A DNA stretch of 19,075 nucleotides from Octopus sinensis. Lineage: Eukaryota. Both the position numbers and the translations under genes were made by a program. Numbering within the stretch: position 1 is the stretch's first letter; each line of letters opens with the position of its first letter. Below are positions 10,350-19,075 of the stretch, piece by piece. The DNA lies in assembly GCF_006345805.1 (NCBI RefSeq), contig NW_021824354.1:1-19075 (forward strand). Reading direction: 5' to 3'. The notes beneath the pieces are model-generated. The model was not told the DNA's origin, searched no databases, and was given only the letters and a program-made list of their open reading frames with translations.

Positions 10350-10970
10350 GTTTAGCCTCCAGGTCAGCTCTGATCAAGCAAACCCATGATCAAAGATTTT
10401 TCGACACCACCATCCATGTTTTAATTCATTTTCGTTCAGCCTTCGAATAATCATAACTACGATATCCAATATGTGTCTTAAAGGCGGCGAGCTGGCAGAA
10501 ACGTTAGCACGCCGGGCGAAATGCGTAGCCGTATTTCGTCTGCCGTTACGTTCTGAGTTCTTTGCCTTTCATCCTTTCGGGGTCGATAAATTAAATACCA
10601 GCTACGCACTGGGGTCGATATAATCGACTTAATCCGTCTGTCTGTCCTTGTTTGTCTTCTCTGTGTTTAGCCCCTTGTGGGTAGTAAATAAATAGGTATT
10701 TCGTCTGCCGTTACGTTCTGAGTTCAAATTCCGCCGTGGTCGACTTTGCCTTTCATCCTTTCGGGGTCGATAAATTAAGTACCAGCTACGCACTGGGGTC
10801 AATATAATCGACTTAATCCGTCTGTCTGTTCTTGTTTGTCCCTTCTGTGTTTAGCCCCTTGTGGGCAATAAAGAAATATATATCCAATATGTGCCTTATC
10901 TTAAAACCAGTTTGAGTGAGACTTGGCTGCTATTTCCAGTAGATCAGATAGAAGCTGTCTCATTGACTCA
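10350..10970 (+). mobile_element. Old family G repeat interrupted by a family B SINE
   Basis: Motifs shared with 334-656 lie on both sides of the TSD-flanked insertion. Confidence 0.5.
10481..10879 (+). mobile_element. tRNA-derived SINE family B, internally duplicated form, with a 19-bp TSD
   Basis: Head AAGGCGGCGAGCTGGCAGAA; body units at 10531-10695 and 10696-10878; TSD ATATCCAATATGTG(T/C)CTTA at 10462-10480 and 10880-10898. Confidence 0.93.
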
Positions 10971-11107
10971 TTTCCTGTTTTCTTGTTTTATGCTTTTCAT
11001 TATTAGAACATTTTTTTTAGAAAACTTTCATTTTTTAGAAAAATTTCAGCCCGTGTGTCTAAAGTAGGTAGAATTAAAGATAAACCTGTCTCTAATTTTG
11101 CCTTTCT

Positions 11108-11309
11108 GATAATGGTTTCAAATTTTGGGACAAAGTCAGTAATTTTAGAGGAGAGAGTAGATCGATTACATCGACCCAGTGCACAACTGGCACATATTCT
11201 ATCGATCCCGAAACGATGAAAAGCAAAGTAGACCTCGGCAGAATTTGAACTCAGAACGTAAAGTGGGAGAGATATCACTCAACAGGTTATCCGACGTGCT
11301 AACGATTCT
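11108..11309 (-). mobile_element. Older monomeric SINE family B copy
   Basis: Diverged ATCGACCCAGT..GACCTCGGCAGAATTTGAACTCAGAACGT body with the alternative (AAAATTTGAAAC) tail. Confidence 0.8.
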
Positions 11310-11727
11310 TATTTCTTTATTGCCCACAAGGGGCTAAACATAGAGGGAACAAACAAGGGCAGACAAAGGGATTAAGTCGATTACATCGACCCCAGTGCGA
11401 AACTGGTACTTTATTTATCGACCCCGAAAGGATGAAAGACAAAGTCGACCTCGGCGGAATTTGAACTCAGAACGTAGCGGCAGACGAAATACCTATTTCT
11501 TTACTACCCACAAGGGGCTAAACACAGAGGAGACAAACAAGGACAAACAAACAGATTAAGTCGATTATATCGACCCCAGTGCGTAACTGGTACTTATTTA
11601 ATCGACCCCGAAAAGATGAAAGGCATAGTCGACCTCGACAGAATTTTGAACTCAGAACGTAGCGGCAGACGAAATACCGCTAAGCATTTCGCCCGGCATG
11701 CTAACGATTCTGCCAGCTCGCCGCCTT
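11310..11727 (-). mobile_element. SINE family B, duplicated form
   Basis: Near reverse complement of 10481-10879. Confidence 0.93.
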
Positions 11728-11744
11728 AGGTAAGGGAGAAATAT

Positions 11745-11955
11745 CTTTTCTACTCTAGGCATAAGACCTAAAATTTCAAGGGAGGGGAGTCGATTACATC
11801 GATCCCAGTGCTCAGCTGGTGCTTATTTTATTGAGCCCGAAAGAATGAAAGGCAAAGTCTACCTCGGCGGAATTTGAACGCAGAACGTAACGGCAGACGA
11901 AATACGGTTACGCATTTCGCCCGTCGTGCTAACGTTTCTGTCACCTCGCCGCCTT
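11745..11955 (-). mobile_element. Monomeric SINE family B copy
   Basis: Ends in CTCGCCGCCTT; body matches family B. Confidence 0.85.
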
Positions 11956-12052
11956 AAGCAGAATCGACCTCATTGAGATTAGAACCGTGAGTATAGAGGC
12001 TGGAACGAATGCTGCAGGCTATTCGATCCGATGCTCTAATGGTTCAGCTGGA
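11956..12052 (-). mobile_element. Highly diverged family B-related head fragment
   Basis: TCGACCTCATTGAGATTAGAACC..TCCGATGCTCTAATGGTTC resembles GACCTCGGCGGAATTTGAAC..CCGACGTGCTAACGATTC. Confidence 0.45.
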
Positions 12053-13090
12053 TTTTCTTATAATGAAAAACATTTTATTGATGAAAGTATGTATTTTCAA
12101 AATGTGGCTTCCTGAATTTATTCAAAACAGAATCCAATAAATCAGTGTGAAGAGGATGTAATACTTTTAAAAACATGTCTTGTCTGTTATAAAATGTTTT
12201 ACGTTAGAGACTGTGTTTGTCGTACGTGTTCGTTTACTGTTGAATAACAAATAGCTGATATGACGGTAATTTTCTCTTTCAATATTCTTATTAAATTCAT
12301 ATTGCATTTCAGTCAATATTCTTATTTGCATCTACATACAAGTACTCCAGCCTTAAAAGATTTAGGAAGGCTGTATCTAGCGCCAAGAACATCTCATACA
12401 TTCCATGTCATTACAAACTACCAGTTGAGCATATATATTTCCAAATTATTTGACTTTAAATATTGTAGATTGTGCTTAACACTATTCAATAAAATTGTTT
12501 ATTTACTACTTGTAAAGAGAATTTCTATTTTGTATAAATTTTATACAATATTTCTGTTTAACTTTACAAAATGTGTGTAAATAATTCTTTCAACAATGTC
12601 TGTTTTATGAGTATATTTTATTTACATATTTTATTGATAATTCTTTTCAATGTTAGACTCTGAAAATGCTCGAGTGAAGGATTAAAAAATGTTACATTTA
12701 AATGTTGAAATTATTTCCGACAAATTGCTTTTCTCGTATGGAAATTTTAGCAGACAAAATGGCCGCTGTTAGATATGTATGATATTGTAAAAAGTTTATT
12801 ATCTTACTGGTTGTAACCCATCAAGCTGGGCACTACCGTCATTTGATTTTTAGTCGATCGTTACAACCAAAGTAATTATTTCAGTTTAGTGGTCATGTTA
12901 GGATTCTAATCATCGAAAATCTAAGGTACAATTTTTGACATAACGGATCAAAACACTACCTTTACATCGGTAAACATGCCTACGTACTCTCTGAGACGCT
13001 TACATACGCAGACACATAGATGTCCATATGTAAGAGTGTAACACATAAATTACGAATCACAGCTATATAGGCACAGTTATGGATCTATCT

Positions 13091-13470
13091 TTAAGAAACA
13101 GGCTTTACAGCTACGTTTTTCCGGGTTCGATCCCAATGTGCATCATCTTGGGTAGTGTGTTCTACTACAGCACCGGAATGAATAATACCTTGTTACGGAA
13201 ATTGTGTCGAAGCCTGTCGTAAATACATGCATGTGTGTGTGTGTGCGTGTGTGTGTCTTTATGTTTGTGTTCGCCCTATTGCTTGATAATCGGTTTTGGT
13301 TTTTTACGACCCCTTAATGTAACTGTTTGGGGAAAGAAATCGATAGAATATGTTCCAGACTTAAAAATTAATACTAGGGTCGATTTGTTCGGCTAAACCT
13401 TTAAAGGCGGTGCCCCAGCATGACCGCAGTTCAACACAGAAACAAGTAAAAAATAAAAGATAAGAGATAA
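13091..13470 (+). mobile_element. Diverged SINE family A copy
   Basis: B box CCGGGTTCGATCCC, internal (TG)n and the tail AAAGGCGGTGCCCCAGCATGACCGCAG..GAAACAAGTAAAA. Confidence 0.85.
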
Positions 13471-14076
13471 AACTGTTACAGGTCAAAGGACATAATTTAC
13501 GATTAGAAACAATAATTTTTAAAAGGTAGGATATTCAAGGAGGATAACTCCATTTGTTCTTTATGATGACGTTTTAGTTTCACTCACAATAGGATATTCT
13601 TTCAAAGAAAGGAAACCTGAAAATTATTATATCGTCAATGAAAGCCAACAAAAACATGGACGTAAGACATGAAAAAGAAATTTTAGAAAAACAAATATCC
13701 TTTCAAAGAAGGTCAATTGAAATGATTGCTTGTAACGAAAGTATTTTTTACAGAAACTCGACTTAAAATTATTAGTTTTTGAGTAATAAATTAAACGATC
13801 GCAACAACGGAAATCCGTTTTATAATCACCTGGTTTCCTGAATATCAATATTGATTTTAAAGTGACACAAAAAAGACATATATTAAATTAACTGAAAACA
13901 CTTTCAAAATTCGTTACATACAATACACTCTTTGTTTAGCAGGAGCAAGTGTAACTCCATTTTTTTTCTTTATCAAAATCTATTTGGTATCTAAAGCAGA
14001 AAGTGACGTTGCACGTTTGTATACACACCGTTATTTTATTCTGTGGTTGCTTCTGAAATCGTTTTCAACGTTCATT

Positions 14077-14447
14077 GTGACCCCCTTCGGTCATGAATGA
14101 CCATGGTATTACATCTAGAAAGTTACCCTCCGAGGCACAAGTCCGGGCAAGGTTGTTTATGGAAGACCAGCAGTCGCCCATGCATACCGTCCTCCCCTCT
14201 TCACGCCACCAATGTTATCCAAGGGAAAGGCCCTTTGAAATACAGGTACAACAGAAACAGGAAGAAAGAGTGAGAGAAAACTGTGGTGAAAGAGTACAGC
14301 AGGGATCGCCACCACCCCATGACGGAACACCGAGAAGCTTTAGGTGTTTTCGCTCAATAAACACTCACAATGCCCGGTCAGGGAATCGAAACCGCGATCC
14401 TACGACCGCGAGTCCGCTGCCCTAACCACTGGACCATTGCGCCTCCA
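14077..14447 (-). mobile_element. tRNA-derived SINE with an E head/body and a D tail, flanked by an 11-bp TSD
   Basis: Minus-strand head GGAGGCGCAATGGTCCAGTGGTTAGGGCAGCGGACTCGCGGTCGTAGGATCGCGGTTTCGATTCCC; TSD CAACGTTCATT at 14066-14076 and 14448-14458. Confidence 0.92.
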
Positions 14448-14787
14448 CAACGTTCATTATTTATATACAATATAACCTTTCGATGAGATGAAGGAACAAG
14501 AGTAATTTCACTTCGTCATCGAAATTCATTTGCTACCTAAAGTATAGTAGCTAAGCAGAAAATGTCGTTCATCGTTTGGATAGACATCATAAATATTATA
14601 CACGCCTTTGTTTTATTCTAAGGCTGCTTCAAGTACGTGCGTTTTGTAAAAACATTTTTTACTAGAAGAAATAAAATTGATTCTTTTTGAAGGAATTATA
14701 TTTTATAATCTACCGTAAATTCTTCAAATCTGCCATAAAAGATAACATTTTCCACGTCCGCTGTGACTGCTTAATGTTTATTGAGAA

Positions 14788-15180
14788 CTAGCAGTATCGT
14801 CCGGCGTTGCTCGGGTTAGTTTCGACCCTTTAGAATTGGAATTTTTGAAAAGTAAAAATTTCGCACTATGTAGCTTGTTATTCTCTTTGAGTGAACATTT
14901 GTTTTGGTTGAAATACACCGAAAAATGGTGACAGAGCAGTCAAAAAATCGTAAAAAATAGGGATTTTCATAGTAAAAAAGCACCTTTTTGATGTAAATAA
15001 TTTTTGGTGTTAACATGGTCCAATTTGAATTTTATCTTCTACGGAATAAAGAGCAAGCCTTCTTCTATCATACTCTCAATTTTGGTCAAATTGCGCTGCA
15101 GGGTCTCGGAGGAGATAGTGTTAGTTGAAGGCTACCAAACCTGCCATACACAGACAACTTCAGCTTTATATATAAAGAGA
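14788..15180 (-). mobile_element. Non-autonomous Helitron
   Basis: Minus strand: A|TCTCTTTATATATAAAG...CCCGAGCAACGCCGGACGATACTG-CTAG|T, i.e. 5' TC, 3' CTAG, subterminal GC hairpin, AT target and no TSD. Confidence 0.88.
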
Positions 15181-15575
15181 TTACTGCCAGTTTCAAGTCA
15201 TTTTGAAAGGATAAAATGTTTTTATGTCTACAGCATGCAGAATTCTCGTGTCAGCATAAAAAACCCTCCGAAATTATATATTTGAAAGATCACTGTATGA
15301 ATAATTATCTCCTTTAACAATTCTATAGCGCTGTTTCATAATTTACGTGAATCAATGTATGGGCCACACGTGACCTGGATTCACCAATAAAATCCATTTG
15401 TCCTGGAATCATTTTCACATTTTGAATTTTCTGAGAATGTCTACATTATAGTCATATTTATCGCCTTAAGAAACGGAGAGTAAGGCAGAAAGTAACAACT
15501 GAACAAATCTAATAATTATACTTGAATAAAGTGCATTTAGTACTTTGCTTTTTACCGTTCGTCGTAATGTAATGG

Positions 15576-15577
<2 letters not shown>

Positions 15578-15628
<51 letters not shown>

Positions 15629-15634
15629 TATATA
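15578..15634. repeat. (TA)n microsatellite
   Basis: Direct reading. Confidence 0.95.
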
Positions 15635-15917
15635 TCACGTGATCACGTGACCGACCAGGCAATCTGATGTTGCTACACATCGCTGATCACAATGCGCTTC
15701 GCATTGTTTTAGCCTTCAAATGAAGCCACCCCGCTGGCTAAGCGAGCAGGCCAACAGAAGAAAGAGTGAGAGAAAGTTGTGGCGAAAGAGTACAACAGGG
15801 GTCGTCACCACCCCCTGCCGGAGCCTCGTGGAGCTTTAGGTGCTTTCGCTCAATAAACACTCACAATCGAAACCGCGATCCTACGACCGCGAGTCTGCTG
15901 CCCTAACCACTGGGCCA
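15635..15917 (-). mobile_element. tRNA-derived SINE with an E head/body and a different (F) tail
   Basis: 15757-15917 aligns to 14261-14436; 15635-15756 is unrelated to the D tail. Confidence 0.88.
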
Positions 15918-16246
15918 GAACAGAGAAGGCAGCTCATATCTCCATGCAACATTCAGTAATAATATGATCTTTAATAATAACTCATCTCAACTTCTTAGAA
16001 TGTCGTTGCTTTTTTTTCCCCCACTCTAAAGACGAAGTAACGATCAATTTTTCACTGCTGAATAGAATTTCTACCAGGCATAGTGTTGCATATTTTCTAT
16101 TCTGAAAACATAATTCGCTGCAATAAGAACAGATTTCGCTCTTCACTGTGAAAATAATGATCGATTATCGCTTGGCAGATAGTACAAATCAGCATACTGT
16201 TGGGTCGCTGAAATTATAAACAAGCCATCGGCTTTTGCTTTGATTT

Positions 16247-16312
16247 AAAGGTCCGAGTACTAATGGCTGATAAGATACACCGTGTCGAAATACCAGTATC
16301 CCAGAATCCTTT
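16247..16312 (+). ncRNA. Near-canonical minimal type I hammerhead ribozyme motif with a G8-to-A change
   Basis: TGG-CTGATAA-GATAC-ACC-GTGTC-GAAA-TAC-CA-GTA-TC-CCA. Stems I, II and III all pair, with a distal AAAGG/CCTTT extension. Confidence 0.5.
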
Positions 16313-16428
16313 GCACCAATGAATCGATCATGCTATAAACACATTGTCGTCGTAAAAAAGAGAAACTATTCTCCAGTGATGTACACAACAGCGATTAGCC
16401 TATTCACGTTCGAATCTGTCAGAACTTA

Positions 16429-16811
16429 TCTCTCTATATATAAAGCTGAAGTTGTCTGTGTATGGCAGGTTTGGTAGCCTTCAAATAACACTATCTTATC
16501 CGAGATCCTTCGGCGCAAGTTGACCAAAATTGAGAGTATGATAGAAGAAGGTTTGCTCTTCCTTCCGTAGAAGATAAAATTCAAATCGGACCATGTTAAC
16601 ACCACAAAGTATTTACATCAAAAAGGTGCTTTTTTTTCTATGAAAATTCCTATTTCTACGATTTTTTGACTGCTCTGTCGCCAATTTTCGGTGTATTTCA
16701 ACCAGAAAAATGTTCACTGAAAGAGAATAACAAGCTACATAATGCAAAATTTTTACTTTTCAAAAATTCCAATTCTAAAGGATCGAAAGCAACGCCGGGC
16801 GATACTGCTAG
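16429..16811 (+). mobile_element. Non-autonomous Helitron, same family as 14788-15180, inverted
   Basis: A|TCTCTCTATATATAAAG...GCAACGCCGGGCGATACTG-CTAG|T; colinear with the first copy; a 9-nt deletion removes the left arm of the hairpin. Confidence 0.88.
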
Positions 16812-16864
16812 TTAGGAATAAATATGTAACGATTTATAATACAGTATAGAATGGTGCGAAAGAT

Positions 16865-17057
16865 ATTGATTTCAAATTTTAATACGTGTCCAGAAATCTG
16901 GGGGAGGGGCTAAGTCGATCACATCGACCCCATTTCTCAACCGGTACTTATTTATCGACTCCTAAAAGATGAAAAGCAAAGTGGGCCTCGACGAAATTTG
17001 AACGCGGAACGTAAAGACGGACGAAATGCCGCTAACAATTTCTGTCAGCTCAGCGCC
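16865..17057 (-). mobile_element. Older monomeric SINE family B copy
   Basis: AAGTCGATCACATCGACCCC..AAATTTGAACGCGGAACGTAAAG..GTCAGCTC. Confidence 0.8.
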
Positions 17058-17362
17058 CGAGTGATACGACAGATATTGCGATGTTAACTACAAAGTGTTT
17101 GCTCTCGCGTTGAGAATATTCAAAAGAGCTGTTTCATTTGATGTATTTCATTATTTACCTTATCGCTTTTGACATCAGCCAATGCACCTGAAAATTATTG
17201 ATTAAGTAAATAAAAGTGGGTGGAATTGCCTTGTGTGCACCAAACCTATAAACACGACTAATCGATATTTTACTTGAGATGTGAAATAATCAAACAACAA
17301 TTACAGGTTTCAAATTATGATGAACGCCAGCGATTTTGCGTATTCTGCATATATTCGCGTAA

Positions 17363-17736
17363 TCTTTTACTCTTTTTTACTCTTTTACTTGTTTCAGTCA
17401 TTTGACTGCGGCCATGCTGGAGCACCACCTTTTAGTACTTATTCTATCGGCCTCTTTTTGCCGAACCGCTAAGTGACGGGGACCTAACACACACCATCGG
17501 TTGTCAAGCAATGCTAGGGGGACAAACACAGACACACAAACACACACATATACTATATATATATACATATATACGACATGCTTCTTTCAGTTTCCGTCTA
17601 CCAAATCCACTCACAAGGCATTGGTCGGCCCGGAGCTATAGCAGAAGACACTTGCCCAAGATGCCACGCAGTGGGACTGAACCCGCAACCGTGTGGTTGG
17701 TTAGCAAGCTACTTACCACACAGCCACTCCTGCGCC
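17363..17736 (-). mobile_element. SINE family A with an internal deletion of about 41 nt
   Basis: Reverse complement of 7869-8283; ends in CCACTCCTGCGCC. Confidence 0.92.
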
Positions 17737-18123
17737 TACTCTTTTAATTGTTTCAGTCATTTGACTGTGGCAATGCTGGATCACCGCCTTTAGTCGAGGA
17801 AATCGACCCTAGGACTTATTCTTTGCAAGCCTAGTACTTATTCTATCGGTCTCTTTTGCCGAACCGCTAAGTTACGAGGACGCAAACACACCAGCATCGG
17901 TTGTCAAGCGATGTTGGGGGGACAAACACAGACACACATATATACATATATATACATATATACAACGGGCTTCTTTCAGTTTCCGTCTACCAAATTCATT
18001 TACAAGGCCTTGATCGGCCCGAGGCTATAGTAGAAGTCACTTGCCCAAGATGCCACGCAATAGTACTGAACCCGGAACAATGTGGTTGTTAAGCAAGCTA
18101 TTTACCACTCAGCCACTCCTGTG
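17737..18123 (-). mobile_element. SINE family A, directly abutting the previous copy
   Basis: The tail TACTCTTTTAATTGTTTCAGTC starts immediately after the previous copy's head. Confidence 0.92.
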
Positions 18124-18145
18124 TGTTAATATTTCTGATAGTACT

Positions 18146-18362
18146 AGAGGTAGAATTGTTAGTACCCCGGGTAAAACGCCTTTTCTGCGTTTCTACTGGC
18201 GCTTTACGTTCTGAGTTCAAATTCCACCGAGGTTGACTTTGCCTTTCATCCTTTCGGGGCGGATAAAATAAATTCCAGGTGAACACCGGGGTCGATATTA
18301 TGAATTTCCACGCCCCTCAAAATTGCTGGCCCCGTGCCGAAAATTAGAAAGAATTATTATTA
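18146..18362 (+). mobile_element. Older monomeric SINE family B copy
   Basis: ACGTTCTGAGTTCAAATTCCACCGAGGTTGACTTTGCCTTTCATCCTTTCGGGG body with an (ATT)n end. Confidence 0.82.
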
Positions 18363-18364
18363 CT

Positions 18365-18783
18365 AAGGCGGCGAGCTGGTAGAACCGTTAGCACGTCGGG
18401 CGAAATGCGTAGCCGTATTTCGTCCGCCGTTACGTTCTGAGTTCAAATTCCGCCGAGGTCAACATTGCCTTTCATCCTTTCGGGTTTGATTAAATAAGTA
18501 CCAGTTACGCACTGGGGTCGATATAATCGACTTAATCCGTTTGTCTGTCCTTGTTTGTCCTCTCTGTGTTTAGCTCCCTTGTGGGTAGTAAAGAAATAGG
18601 TATCTCGTCTGCCGTTACGTTCTGAGTTCAAATTCCGCCGAGGTCAACTTTGCCTTTCATCCTTTCGAAATCGATAAAATAAGTACCATTCAAACAATGG
18701 TGTCGAAGTAATCGTCTTATGCCCCCCCCCCCACCCACACACTGTCCATCATTGATAGCCTTGTACCAAAATTTGAAAGCAAT
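18365..18783 (+). mobile_element. SINE family B, duplicated form, whose second unit carries the older-type tail
   Basis: Head plus unit 1 as in 10481-10695; unit 2 ends in poly-C..CCTTGTACCAAAATTTGAAAG. Confidence 0.88.
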
Positions 18784-18891
18784 GTTTCTCAGAGTGCTTA
18801 TAAACAAATTACGGCGAGTTCAATATACTTTAGGATTCAGGGTGTTTGACTTCGGAAACAAAGTAATCTAGAGAACAATAAAAGTATGACA

Positions 18892-18943
<52 letters not shown>

Positions 18944-19075
18944 TCTTCTTCTTCTTCTTTCTTCTTCTTCTCTTCTTCTTCTTCTCTTGTTGTTGTTGTT
19001 GTTATTCTTCTTCTTCTTCTCCTTCTCCTCCCCTTCTTCTTCTTCTTCTTCCTTCTTCTTCTTCCTACACTACTA
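18892..19075. repeat. Compound (TAC)n-(TTC)n-(TTG)n-(TTC)n microsatellite
   Basis: Direct reading; runs to the window edge. Confidence 0.95.

Noticed and set aside
10481-11955. Regularly recurring GTCGAT..ATCGAC and other short motifs resembling a CRISPR or att-site array
   Set aside because: They are internal parts of SINE B copies; there are no unique spacers and the context is eukaryotic.
12755-12764. YY1-like CAAAATGGCC motif (similar near 1938-1946)
   Set aside because: Isolated short motif with no supporting promoter context.
13539-13973. TAACTCCATTT..TTCTTTAT occurring twice (about 13545 and 13952)
   Set aside because: Short and AT-rich; no termini or TSD could be defined for an element.
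14375-14447. tRNA-like sequence (also at 4053, 7869 and 10481)
   Set aside because: These are SINE heads: they run on into SINE bodies and I could not build complete cloverleafs, so they are not called as tRNA genes.
7902-18631. Recurring peptides such as EDTCPRCHAVGLNP in several ORFs
   Set aside because: They recur because they are translations of SINE copies, not of a gene family.

Overview
AT-rich eukaryotic non-coding DNA, intronic or intergenic. The microsatellite load and SINE content resemble a coleoid cephalopod (Octopus-like) genome; this is inferred from recognition, not from a search. No multi-codon gene is supported: nearly all listed ORFs are translations of microsatellites or SINEs. 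The only coding candidate is a 15-nt minus-strand microexon at 76-90. The window contains several tRNA-derived SINE families (my labels A-F), some with target-site duplications (TSDs) and swapped head/tail modules. It also has two inverted non-autonomous Helitrons, a TTAA-flanked piggyBac-type MITE and a probable LINE 3' end inside a (TATC)n tract. Three hammerhead-ribozyme-like motifs are present; the one at 16247-16312 is a single base from the canonical core. Three closely spaced inverted repeat pairs could form long dsRNA. Alignments were done by eye, so boundaries of degenerate copies are approximate.
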